From NCBI RefSeq assembly GCF_018350175.1, contig NC_058368.1:206958001-207022000 (forward strand): 64,000 nt of DNA. The letters run 5' to 3'. The position numbers were made by a program, and so were the translations under genes. Under the pieces are notes generated by a model, which was not told the DNA's origin, searched no databases, and saw nothing but the letters and a program-made list of their open reading frames with translations. Shown here piece by piece: positions 36,209 through 48,651 of this stretch; position 1 is the stretch's first letter, and every line of letters starts with the position of its first letter. The stretch is from Felis catus. Its lineage: Eukaryota.

Positions 36209-37927
36209 TTTGAAGGTAGAAAAGGAATTAATGAGGTAAAAAAAATTAAATTAAAGTTAAAAAAATTAAAAACAAACAAATACAAAAAAATAAATTAAAT
36301 GATGCTAGATCCTAGCATCTGTGTTTTGGTGTGGGTGTTGAAAGGGGATTGATAGATAAGAGAAAAAGGAGGAAAGAAAAAAAAAGTAAATTGTTTGAAA
36401 ATTTGAAAAAATAAATACACTGAAGTAGACCTAAATGAAATGATGGAAGTAAAATAGAATTTGAAACAATTTACACAAAAGTAAAAAATATAGTAGAAAA
36501 AAAATTAAAGAAAATATTTTTAATAAAAATTGAAAATAAAAATGAATTTTTTCTCTTTCTGTATTCAAGAAAAAGAAAAGAAACAAAAAGAGAAAAAAGA
36601 AAAAGTAAAAAAAAAAGAAAAAAGAAAATTGAATAGATGGATTGGTTAACAGACTGAAATACGACTGAAATTACTTTGTTTTCCCCTAGAAGTCAAACTC
36701 TGAAGTGCTTTATAGTCCCTAAACTGAGCAGGGGGAGAGACTTGTGGTCCTGAGGAGCCAGGTTGACTCAGTTGGGTGGGGCTTAGTGTAACTGCTCCGT
36801 TCTCCAGTAGATGGCGCTGCTTAGTTTACTGGGTGGATTATTGTGGCATTTGTAGGTGTGTATGTGCATGCGCAGGAGCAGTGAAAATGGCGTCACCCAG
36901 CTACCCAGTGTCTGGTATCAGAACTCTGTTCTCCCTGACCAGCATTTGCACACCTGTCCTTTGTCTTCAGCTTCCATCCACTCCCCGCATCCACATGGTC
37001 CATGACCAAGCCTCAGGCAGCACCTGTCTCCTGTGTTTTGTCTCAGGTGTGGCTGTTTTTCCCGACCCCTTACTTCTGAGGGACTGTGGCTTTGACCCGT
37101 TCTGCCCCTCAGCCTCACTGAGCAATGGCTGGGTGCTGGCTGCACCCAGGAACGTTTGTGGGACCGCACTGTTGCTGATACCCAGAGACTGCAGCTGGGT
37201 GCCAGCCTGCCCCAGAAAAAGTTCAAGGGATAGCATAGCAGCAGTGTTTCAGGGATTAGGGACAATTACAACACATATCTGGCACCACGCTTCACCCTTA
37301 ATGACCTTGTTCTAGCACCAGCAAATGTGGTTGTTCTCCTGGGTCCACTGGGACCTTGCCTTTGGGAGACCCACACAGCCTCTACCAAGTGTCTTCCTAG
37401 CAGTTAACCGCCTCTCCCTGTGTGGCCTGAAGACCACAGACTTCACTCTGCTCCTGGGGATTTGCCTTTCCCACCAGAGCACCACCAGGTATTGAGCTGT
37501 GGCGTTTCAGACTCAGTGCTCCCCCTGTTTACAGTCTTAATGGAATTTAAAACCTCTCCTTTCTTCTTTCTTCCTTTTTAGTTCAGTCCCTGTGGCTGTT
37601 TCCACTTTTCCACTTTCTCTCCAGCTGCTTTTGGGGGGGAGGGTGCTTTTCCCGTATTCTCCTCCCCCACCCCCCCACCCCTCCATCTCTGTTATCTCTC
37701 CACATGCAAAAGCGGTTCCCTGGCCTCCGTGGCTGCTCTCTCCCCAAGTTCACCTCTCTGCGCCGCGTACCTGCTGAATTCTGTGGTTCAGGTTGTGCAG
37801 ATTACTGTGTTAATCCTCAGATCAGTTTTCTAGGTGTTCAGGATGGTTTAGTGTTGGTCTGGCTGTATTTCATGGACATGAGACACACAAAAAACTTACA
37901 TGTTGTTCGCCATCTTGGCTCCTCCTC
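36209..37927 (-). promoter_or_regulatory. L1 5'UTR / internal promoter
   Basis: GC-richer ~1.2 kb plus a T-rich linker upstream of ORF1; YY1 motif CCAAGATGGCG (37908-37918) at the extreme 5' end as in mammalian L1s. Confidence 0.85.
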
Positions 37928-38174
37928 TGTTATGTGTCACATGATTTTGTTGTTTCCCATTACACTTAGATCACTTGATTAAGGATGTTATCTGCCAGGC
38001 TTTTCCACTATAAAGTTACCTTTTCTCTCCTTAATTTGTAAGTGTATCCTGGAGAGATATTTTTATCTATGTAAATATCCAATTCCTTATGATAGTTTTC
38101 ATTTGTAACTTTAGGTGTACCAATATGAACTCATGGTTTCCTATGTTATTCAGTGGGTCATAAGACATTACTAT

Positions 38175-38413
38175 ATTTATTTATTTATTTATTTACTTAT
38201 TTATTTTAATGTTTTATTTATTTTTGACAGAGAGAAAGAGACAGAGCATGAGTGGGGGAGGGGCAGAGAGAGAGGGAGACACAGAATCCAAAGCAGGCTC
38301 CAGGCTCTGAGCTGTCAGCACAGAGCCCGACACAGGGCTCAAACCCACGAACTGTGAGATCATGACCTGAGCTGAAGTCGGACGCTCAATCGACTGAGCC
38401 ACCCAGGCACCCC
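38175..38413 (-). mobile_element. CanSINE
   Basis: (TTTA)n tail, GA linker, ends 'cccaggcacccc'. Confidence 0.95.
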
Positions 38414-41400
38414 TATCATTTTTTATTTTAATTCTCAGTTTATCTTTGATTTGTCCACTGAAGACCGTTCTAGCTAGCTTCTGTGAACTCTTCAATGTCC
38501 CTGTCATTCTTCGAGTACTGATTTTCTGGCATATAATGATGTTTCAGGTTTACCTTCTATTCTCCTTGCCCAAGCCCTTGGCTCAATTCTCCAAGGAACC
38601 CTAGTTCCTGCAAGTGGAGAATGATAATTAGAAGCCAGATTTAAGTGGAAGGTATACCCTTATTATTGGGCTATTATTGCTTGCAGGCTATCCTGGAAGA
38701 TAGAACTTAGAGTATATGTGTGTACATCTATACACATTTTATATCTATGTCTGAATCTATTAATGTATATTGAAAACCACCCATTTCATGCCACTATCTT
38801 CAATTCCAACCCCAAACCATTCTACTTTTCTCTAATTTAGTACTTGTAACTCCCTTCTCTGGAAATACCAATCTGGTCTCCCTTGTCCTTAATATATTTA
38901 ATCTGCTCGGTACCCCTGTATGTAACCAATTTTCCACTGATGCTTGCACCCCATTCCGCAGTCACACTGCTTTGGCTGATTTCTCACATGCCCCCCCCCC
39001 ACACACACACATATGCACTTTCTCTTCACTGGGCTCAGTCTGTGACTCCTCCCCACTCCAGGCTACCTCCATAGATGCCCCCCCTTTCACACTGTTTTAT
39101 ACTGCACTACTGCACCACTTACAGCTGGCTTCCTCTCCATATGGACACCTCCCTTCCTATTTGGGCTTTGTCAACCTATATCAAATTTTTCCCATGCATG
39201 GTTAGCCCATAACTGGGCTCTGATACCTAATGACAAACTGTCCCTTTTCAAAGATACCCTCCTCATCTTCATCAGCCTCTAGAACCCCAAGCCAAGCCAC
39301 ATCTTCACATGGATTATTTCCTTCTCATCTTGTTCAAACTCTGACTCCCCACTCCAGACTTTCCCTTTCTCCCCCTGTTGGGCTTTGATAGCCTACACTG
39401 CTCACTCATGACATGTACCTACTTTCCCACCAGGCTCTGCCTCGGCCTAGATGCCTAACTTACTTGTCTGCATGACTTCAGAGCACTAAAAATGAATTAT
39501 TCAGGAAGGAAATAGGAGGAGAGAGAAAAATGAAGAAGAGAGAAATTTGATTTTTTTTTTTTGCTTACTTATAATCACCCACAATTTTTTTTCTGTCGTT
39601 TTTCTTTTTCTGTCCAAGGAGTTATTTCTGATTTATTTTGGTACTTTTATCCCAGTGAAGCTTTTGTCTTTCTAACAAATGATCTCAGCCCTAGCTTCTC
39701 TATTACATATTATTCTTATATGAAAGTCACTGCCACATGAAACTTGACATCCTGGTTGTTTAATATATACTATTTAATTTTAATTCATACCAGTGTAAGA
39801 AATTATTGGCTTAGCTCTGATTTGCATACTCTTATTTAGAAGTAGAACCCTGCAGGAATTGGTAATATGTGTCTTTATTTTATTCATTTTATTTCTTCAG
39901 GATATTTTTACATTACACTGTAACAATACTTCAAAAGAGAGAAAAATCTATCCCAACAACCAGTATTATGACCTTAATGAACATATGACTTTCATCCCCA
40001 CTGAATTGACTAAAGTCATCTATTATTTGGCATTATCTACTTATATCATTTTAGCAGTGAAATGCTCAAATCATTGTGAAAATTAAATTACAAATGCAAT
40101 AAAAATGTAAATACAAGAGGTAGTTTTCTGAGGTAGACAATATTTCTAAAAATGCTTTTACTATGTTTATTCTCATATAATTACAGTGAGAAAAATATAT
40201 ATACATAAAACCATAAAGGTTTATAATATGGTTTTAATGGTGTTCAAGGAAGTATTTGGGATTCTGATAGAAACATATGTTCTAATTAGTCCAGTATTTA
40301 TTCATGTCAGAAGTAACAAGAACACCACATTCTGGACAGTTTCCCATTGTTGGCACAATTAACCTGCAGATAAAGCAGAATTCTAACATGATAAATTAAG
40401 AAAATAAAGGATGTTTGAATAGATATGCTTTTTGAAGTAGGAGTGATATGATTACCTAAATGCATGTTATCTTCTTAATGGAAATACAACCTTCATTGGC
40501 TTCCTCTACTATGAGTGAACAGAATTTCTTTCTTACTAACTTAGTCAAAAATAGTCCAATGACTGGCTGAGCTCCAATGGCTGAAATGAACCAAATATTC
40601 CAAGTTATTTGAATTGCATCTGGTAGCAAAAGTAATATGATTTTCTCCATAATTGCAGACATTGCATAGGAATGAGTGGAGAGGAAAGGAGCCAGTTTTG
40701 GGGTGCATTCTTTGTGTCAAGCACCATAACTATTTTGTATGTTACTTCATTTACTTCTCAGGCAACCCTCATAGTTATCTTTCATCTCAAAGAGAATTCA
40801 AATTCATAGAGAAATTAAGTTATTTGCTTGATCAATGTATTTTTTTTAATAGATACCATCTGGGACACACAAATAAAACAATGTAAGTGGCAGCTCCTGG
40901 AGGTTTGCATATGGTAGCCCCTCCTAAGCATCAAGTGCAACTTAGTCTCTTCCGTAACTTTTCAAGACAACAGTTTCTTTCCTAAGCACACTTCTTGTGA
41001 CAATACAAGAGGTTTGTAGGGCTTCGTGAATGTTAACTTAAATCAGAATCCGATACTATTTTTCTAGTTGAGTTTGCATATAAGATTTATTCAATGGGGA
41101 AAATGGCTAAAAAAAAGAAATGATATTATATGGAATGGCAACTATTCACCCAGAAGTTATTAAATTTTCTAATCTCACATTAATAAATCCCCTTTTCTCC
41201 TTGAACATTTTCAGCTGTAGAACAGTGATGATTCTTCATTAAAGGTGGCAATAGTAAATATAAAATTGTTTGATTTTCTAGTCCTGTGTGGCTAAGAATT
41301 GTAAACATCTTCATTTTTTCAATATGGTCTTTATATGTGTCATTATATTTGCCACTGATCTTATGTTAGTGTCAGTGATGGTGTTTGATAGGTGCCTAAT

Positions 41401-41718
41401 ACCGTCTTTTAAAATGTTACTAATGTTTAGCTCAGCTGGACTTAAAGGTTGTATTTCAACTTTCACTTTACTTCTCCTAGATTTTTATTTTAAAATGTCA
41501 ACTCCTAAAACTATCTGTGACTTGGTTTCCTAGGATCAATTTGTGACATTAATGTTAGTTAAGAAGATATATACAAGTTCTTGTAAGGGAGTTAGAATTA
41601 GTAGAGTGGTATTTAAAAGAAGAAACAGTCATTGTCACCTATGTGTGAGCTTTTATATTTCATCTACTTGTGATTTTGTGCTCACCGACCCCATATATGC
41701 CAACATATACTCACACAA

Positions 41719-41934
41719 TACATATATATATATGTATATATATACATATATATGTATATATGTGTATATATATGTGTGTATATATATATGTGTATATATA
41801 TACACACATATATATATGTATATATATGTGTGTATATATATGTGTGTATATATACACACATATGTATATATGTGTATATATATGTGTGTATATATGTATA
41901 TATGTGTATATGTATATATATATATACATATATG

Positions 41935-41973
<39 letters not shown>

Positions 41974-42000
41974 CCACACACATAGCCACACACACACATA
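41719..42000. repeat. Compound (TA)n/(TG)n/(CA)n microsatellite
   Basis: Unbroken purine-pyrimidine alternation at 41719-41972, then degenerate CA. Confidence 0.97.
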
Positions 42001-42039
42001 CCATATGTGGTTGGATACTTGTTTACAACCCCCTGGTGT

Positions 42040-42170
42040 TAGCTGTCAAGCAGCCTTGGGCAGGTCACTTATACTTCCAGAATTTAATTTACCTCATTGA
42101 GCAACAGAAAAAGTGCATACTCTTTTTACTATGGGATTATAAGGGTAAAATGAGTTAATATATGGAGATA
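42040..42170 (+). mobile_element. MIR fragment
   Basis: 'ccttgggcaggtcacttatac...aatttacctcattg...taaaatgagttaatata'. Confidence 0.55.
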
Positions 42171-42361
42171 GCAAAAACTTAAGCTATCGACACAGGACTT
42201 GTTGACTATCCTGTATATAACCTGACAATTGATTACATCAAATTTAGCAGTTTTATATTACAGTTTATAATTATTTAAATGTTTAATGTGTATTGATTTT
42301 GTCTATCTCATTACATATTATGTCCCTGAAGACACTTGAGGTCTAAGATTCACTCATGGGT

Positions 42362-42573
42362 GGGGGACACCTGGTGGCTCAGTCGGTTGAGCATCTGACT
42401 TCAGCTCAGGTCGGGATCTCATGGTTCGTGGGTTGGAGCCCCGCGTCGGGCTCTGTGCTGACAACTCAGAGCCTGGAGCCTGCTTCACATTCTGTGTCTT
42501 CCTTTCTGACCCTCCCTCACTAGCACTCTGTCCCTCTCTCTCTCTCAAAAATAAATAAACATTAAAAAAAAAA
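42362..42573 (+). mobile_element. CanSINE
   Basis: TSD aagattcactc(a/c)tggg at 42345-42360 and 42574-42589. Confidence 0.95.
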
Positions 42574-42738
42574 AAGATTCACTCCTGGGAAGAATCATTG
42601 AGATATGGGGTTTTAGAACCAAGAAAGGTGTTTTAATTTCTATACCACCATCACAGTGCTAGTTAAAAAAAATATTCAAGTGAATCCAATATGTAGTTAT
42701 GTGAGCTAAAAATGTGTGGTTAAAAAAATTTTCAATTA

Positions 42739-42962
42739 GGGGCACCTGGGTGGCTCAGTTGGTTAAGCATCCGACTTCATTCAGGTCATGATCTCACGGT
42801 TTGGGAGTTCAAGCCCCCCACATTGACTCTCTGCTGACAGCTCAGAGCCTGGAGCCTGCTTCAGATTCTGTGTCACCCTCCCTCTTTGCCCCTCCCAAGC
42901 TCATTCATGCTCTGTCTCTCTCTCTCTTTCAAAAATAAATAAACATTAAAAAATTTTTTTTT
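42739..42962 (+). mobile_element. CanSINE
   Basis: Full head, linker and tail; flanking tttcaatta repeat. Confidence 0.95.
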
Positions 42963-44231
42963 AATTTCAATTAATTCATATTTTGGTATTATAAGGATAT
43001 AATTGGAGATATTTTGAAAGATTAAGACTTTGCTTGCTGCTGAGTTTGAACTTGATAGTATGGTTTAATAAAATCAGAATTTTCAAAATTAGGGTAAAGT
43101 TTGAGTTATGAACATTTATTTTAAGTGATGAAGCTACAAATAGAAATTGGTTCTGACTTCTCTAAACACCATTATTTACCAATTTTTAACCTTATTTGAC
43201 CAATGACAGAAGATATACTCTTCAACTGAAAAGAAAGCTCTGTTTCAATTATTAAATTTATACTTCTAAAATTAAATTGTATTATTAAATTAAATTGTAT
43301 TATTAAAATATGAAGTTTTATGATTACTTTTTTCCTATTTGGGAAGAAATATCATGTGATTCTGTAGCACAAAACAGTACATGTATTTAGTTATTTCTTA
43401 GATGCAAGTCTTTAAAATGAATCCCAGATGATGTATCTTAATAAACAGGAACTGTACTGTATAACTAAACAACTTCAAAGAGCACTTGTTGAATTGAATA
43501 TCCTTTCAGACTGCCTATATTTGATGACAGCAAAGAAAATATCATTTTAGCTCTTCCTTGAAAATCATCAACACTTTGACATTAGAAAAAAAACCATTGA
43601 AATGCAAGGTAAATAAGCATATATACTTATAAAATTAGTATAGCTCTGTAAATATGCATACACATATATGCACACAATTGATTCTGCTATAATAACTTAT
43701 GGGTAGCAAATATTCCTGATGACAAGATCAGTGTTAACTGATTTTTCCTTTTGCCTCAGGCTTTATATGACTTGGCAGGTCATGACCACTGATTCTATCT
43801 TCATTAAACCTTCTGATATTTTGTTCATTGTGGTTTGTTTGCCTAACTTTTGGTTTCTAAACAATCTATTGCATTAAACTATTATTTGTATAGATTAGTG
43901 AAATGACTTTAGTTTACTTAATCTCCACCACTGCTTATAATATAGATCCTCAGTACTGAGCCCTGTTACTATAGATCATCATTTTTGCATAGAAGCACTT
44001 GATCCTCTTTGTTATCGATAACTAACTTCCTGTTTCCCTGCAGGCACCTGAAGTTGTGATTCCTTCTTTGTTCATTAAATTTAGGAAAATTGCATATTCC
44101 ACAACGCTATCAGTTACGTGGTGCTTATGATTAATCCCAGGGTTTCTTTGTGCTAAGTGCTTTCAATGGTATCTACCAAATTTACTAGGTAGGCAAAAAA
44201 ATTTTTCAGAAAATTCTAAGTGTGTCTTCTT

Positions 44232-44259
44232 TTTTAATAAATGTTTATTTATTTAATAT

Positions 44260-44300
<41 letters not shown>

Positions 44301-44474
44301 CATGAGCACAAGAAAGGGAGGAGAGAGAGGGAGAAGAAGAGAGAGAATCTCAAGCAGGCTCCACACTGTCAGCACAGAGCCCAGTGTGGGATTCTGTCTC
44401 ACAAACTGTGAGATCATGACCTGAGCCAAAACCAAGAATTGGAAGCTCAACTGACTGGGCCACCCAGACACCCC
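44232..44474 (-). mobile_element. CanSINE with long (GA)n
   Basis: TSD ctaagtgt(g/a)tcttctt at 44216-44231 and 44475-44490. Confidence 0.95.
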
Positions 44475-44508
44475 CTAAGTGTATCTTCTTAAGAAGAATT
44501 TACAGTGG

Positions 44509-44727
44509 GGGGACTCCTGGGTGGCTCAGTCGGTTGAGCGTCTGACTTCAGCTCAGGTCATGATCTCGCGGTTTGTGAGTTCGAACCCGGCATCGGGCTC
44601 TGTGCTGACAGCTCAGAGCCTGGAGCCTGCTTCTGGATTCTGTGTCTCCCTGTCTCTCTGCCCCTCCCATGCTCATGCTCTGTCTCTCCTTTTCTCTTAA
44701 TAATAAATTTTTAAAAACATTAAAAAA
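44509..44727 (+). mobile_element. CanSINE
   Basis: TSD aagaatttacagtggg at 44494-44509 and 44728-44743. Confidence 0.95.
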
Positions 44728-45615
44728 AAGAATTTACAGTGGGACTTATATAGCATACATACCAACAAAAGCTGATTATAAATTTCCAAGAAACTACAAA
44801 TTTTCAAGGAATTGTCTGTGTTACCTTTTCACATGGACACTCAATTGTTGAAAATCATCCTTTCAGGAGATTAATGGTTTTGTTTCTTGGGCTTTCTCAT
44901 GACTAATTTTTATGGAGAGTTTAGAAAACGTTATTGATTGTTCAATAAAGTGTGAAGTAGTAAAGAACCAGCATTTTCATAACTTTTTGTTGTATTGGTT
45001 ACTTGTTCTTTGATATTTTTGTCTTGAAATGGACTTGTTTTTAGACAAATAACTTTTGGAACAATTGAAGTGGCCATAAGATGGTGTCAAAAATGTAGGT
45101 AGATGCATTTGATACCTTCCTATTTATGTTGCACCTGACGCCCTTGCTTTCATGCCTTTGTAACATTGATTATTGTCACCTGCCCCTACCGCACAGTCAC
45201 TCTACACAGGTGAGCAATGTGGTCCAAATGTGTCATTCTTCACAGAAATTCGGAACATACATGTTTAAGTGTGGGATAATGTGAAAAGTATTAGAAATTT
45301 TAACTCTAAATGGTTCTTTTCATCTGCATTTTTATATAGAGAGGAACAATGTAGACTGTGGGCTTGTGAGAAGGGTTTAAATGGTGTGTAAACTTAGACA
45401 CAGTTGACGAAACCTAATTCCTGTTTAATAAAATGGTTTCAGGCATCATGGAAAGTCTTGCCAATAAAAAGAACTCCATATTCCTTTGGGATGTGCTGTG
45501 TCACTTACCAACCAACATGTGAAGCAGGAAGATTTCCGGTGATTACAAAACATAGTGTTGTATTTTAAGCCACTTGTGTTGAATACGTTACCTCCTTTAA
45601 CAGTAAAAAAGTGGA

Positions 45616-45802
45616 GGGGTGCCTGCGTGGCTCAGTTGATTAGGCATCCAAATCTTGGTTTTAATTCAGGTCATGATCTCACAGTTTGTGAGTTTGAGCC
45701 CCACATCAGGGTTTGCACTGACAGCTAGGAGCCTGCTTGGGATTCTCTCTTCCCTCTCTCTTTGCCACCCTCCCCCCAAATAAACAACAAAAAATTTTAA
45801 AA
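45616..45802 (+). mobile_element. CanSINE (older)
   Basis: TSD aaca(g/a)taaaaaagtgg at 45599-45614 and 45803-45818. Confidence 0.92.
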
Positions 45803-45989
45803 AACAATAAAAAAGTGGTAATTGTGCCTAGACATTAAATGTTACATTTAGAATATATACTGCAGCTTAACACTCTTTCTCTCATCTCTACTAATTATAA
45901 AACCCCCAGGACTTGCCGCTGACAAGGCACCCAGTTTGGTACCTAATTTATAGTGAGGTCTTTCTGAAGTTTAATTTGTAAAAATATTA

Positions 45990-46950
45990 GACATTGTTGG
46001 TCACTTCTTCCTTCAATGAAGGCAATTTTTTATTGCCTCTGGTTGCTTCATACTGTGAGTTTTCCCTTGACTTCCTTGGTTAAACTTTGTTGTTTGTTTT
46101 ATATGTGACAGCCCCTTAAATAACAGCATTACTCAGAATTTTGTTTTAGAATCTTCTCTCCTCCCCTTTCCTCTGCTTTACTCCCCGTCTCCCTCCCACT
46201 CCCCCACCCCCCATGTACGCTATCTCTTGGCAATCCTACTGTCATGGGCTATATGTTCATGATGACCTCATCCATATCTCTAGCTCAGAATCCACTCCCT
46301 AGATCCATCTATCTTCAACTAATGTAAAAATCTCTCATTGGATGTGTTGCAGATATCCACATTCAATCCCAACATGTTCCGCCTCTGAGTTTGTCCAATG
46401 GTAAATGACACAATTCTTATGCCCACTTTCCCAAACCAACAGCCTGAAAGCTATTCTGAATTCTGATCCTGAATCATTCCATCAAGTTCTGTCCATTGTG
46501 TTCCTTCATAAGCCTTCAAATTGCTCTGCTTTTTTCAGTTACCACACCACCACCTTAATTTTGCCTTTATTGTTTTCTCAGATTGCTACAATAGTTACCT
46601 AGCTCCAGATTCCCTGCCTTGAGTCTTGTCACTCCCCAAACCCATTTTTACATGCCCAGAGTAATGCTTCTGAAAGGTCTTCATGGAGGCCTTCTTGAAC
46701 TTGCCCCTTCTCACTTCTCAGCCCTTTCTCTTCTATCCACCCAGCATTTCCTTATCTCCTACCTGTCATTACAATTAAACCTGTTACATCCTATGACTTC
46801 CTCCAGGCCACTGACCATGCTGTTCTCTGGTTTATAAACACTCTCCATCTCTCTTCCTTGGGGTAACCTCCGCTTGTTCTGAAGGTTCAGCTTTGGGGGA
46901 GAAGCCTTGATCAGTAATCTGTAAATGCGATGGCTGGCCCTTTTCTCTGC
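45990..46950 (+). mobile_element. L2 LINE fragment
   Basis: Pyrimidine-rich L2-like blocks ('gatgacctcatccatatctctagctcag', 'tctctcattggatgt'). Confidence 0.55.
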
Positions 46951-47656
46951 ATCCATAATACTTTGGGCTTCTCTTTGTTATTTTATTGTACCTGCCAGAT
47001 TCCCTGTCTACTTTCCCAACAGAAGACAACAAGAGTAGTAGAAGACCTTTGGGGAGCAATTCTAATCACATGTATAAACTCTTGCCAAATTGCTAATGGA
47101 AAGGATTTGGACAGAGGATTCTCAGAAAACAACTGGGATGGCCCTTAATCATAGTGGGGGCAAAAAGGATTGAGTTTGGGGTTGGGCTGGAAATGAGTGC
47201 TCACCAGTAGGTACAGCCAACACACATATTGTGTTACATCGTACAGCACATTTTTAAGCATTTTGTTACTTGGGGATTGTTTTGAAATATTTGTTTTGTT
47301 CTCCTTATTCATTTTAAGCTCCTTGTGGTGGAAGAATTTAATCTCTACCAGATAGAACATCAGAGGTCAGGCTCCAGAGTTGAAGAATTAGATTCCAGTC
47401 TCAGAAACTATAACAGTCCCATGTGAACATGTCAATAAAATGACCATAGGATGGAGATCAGTGAGTGTAAATGGATTGTAACTGAGCAGTATAGTTTGGG
47501 GGTAGAGATTAAAAATGTTTTAAGGAAAATTTTAAGAAAATGAATTAAAAATGTTAAAGAAAATAAATTGTATGTTTTTGTATTGGAAAGCAACGCAAAA
47601 AGATATACTAATGTTAGTGTTAAGTTGCATCTTTGTTTTAATTCATGATTTTAAAA

Positions 47657-47843
47657 CATTTTAAAATTTTTGTTTAATGTTTACTTTTGAGGGGGGTGCA
47701 GAGAGAGAGGAAGATATGGAACCCCAAGCAGGCTCCAGGCTCTGAGCTGTCAGCACAGAGCCTGACGCGGGGCTCAAACTCACAAACCATCATGACCTGA
47801 GCCAAAGTCAGACACTCAACCGACTGAGCCACCCAGGCGCCCC
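47657..47843 (-). mobile_element. CanSINE
   Basis: TSD tcatgattttaaaa at 47643-47656 and 47844-47857. Confidence 0.95.
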
Positions 47844-48581
47844 TCATGATTTTAAAAATAAACTGTTTTTTCAGTGTTGTGATCATGTGGCCACTAATAG
47901 TATCATCCTGACCATCATTGGTATTTATTGGGAACAATAATTATAGATTCTTTGACCTACATATTTATTTCTAAATCTATTCTCCATTTATAGGAAACAA
48001 GTATCTTTGGAGAGTAGCTGATTTATCTTAGGGTAGGAAAAAATGAATCTGGGTTTGAAAATCTTGTTTTTGCTGATAATCAAGAGTGCTTTCAGAAAAT
48101 TTCAGAGAGTACAAAAGGTAATACGGTTAGTATAAAGTGCTCCCAGGTCAATTTGTGATGATCAAATCCCCCAAATAATACAGTAATAAGAATAATAATT
48201 ATAGTTAAGTGGAAAGTTGAGGTTGTGATATGAATCATAATGATGCTCCAAAGAGAAACATTTATAGAGCATGTTGCAGGGTTCTTGTAATATAAAGGAA
48301 GAAGTAACTATAGCAGGGTGTGTTTAATATAAAACTTATTTTTAGTGAGCAAAAGAGTTTTAACAAATAAAACTGTTTTGTATCTTTTATTAAGTATATA
48401 CCAATTTATAGCATGTAGCTTGAATCTCTAGCTGTGTAAATAGGGTTGTGAAAAGTTTTATTTGCCAGGTACTATATACAATGGCTGTAGAATTCCTGAG
48501 AATGCCTGGTATTTAAAGCTGTTTTGTTTCCCTCATTGGTACTTTAGTGAGTTTTTCCAAGTTCCATGGTGAGAACATTAA

Positions 48582-48585
<4 letters not shown>

Positions 48586-48638
<53 letters not shown>

Positions 48639-48651
48639 TGTGGGGGGGGGA
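48586..48651. repeat. (GT)n microsatellite followed by a G run
   Basis: About 28 GT units with one interruption, then poly-G. Confidence 0.95.

Larger units (their letters stand above)
29274..37927 (-). mobile_element. Full-length composite LINE-1 (5'UTR, ORF1, disrupted ORF2, 3'UTR)
   Basis: 5' end reads GAGGAGGAGCCAAGATGGCG on the minus strand; TSD tgttatgtgtca(a/c)at(a/g)atttt at 29253-29273 and 37928-37948; ORF1 and ORF2 motifs are in the expected order. Confidence 0.97.
28790..38940 (-). mobile_element. Ancient L1MC/L1MD-like 3' region split by the large L1 (pieces ~28790-29260 and ~37950-38940)
   Basis: 'ccctgaaccatttgagaaaaagttgcc...catcaggaaattgacact' on the left resumes after the TSD as 'gatcacttgattaagg...tctgccaggcttttccactataaagttac'. 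Confidence 0.6.

Noticed and set aside
41543..42158. Six overlapping ORFs rich in Y/I/C/V/H/T
   Set aside because: Artefact of a stop-free dinucleotide microsatellite.
27247..43306. Short tandem duplications at ~27247-27296 and 43269-43304
   Set aside because: Ordinary two-copy slippage duplications; no repeat-spacer structure, so not CRISPR-like.
44019..44194. Strong-looking acceptor (TAACTAAC branch point, pyrimidine tract, CAG) and a downstream GTAGGC
   Set aside because: The frame starting at the acceptor stops after 28 codons, the peptide is unrecognisable and there is no other support; cryptic sites like this are common.
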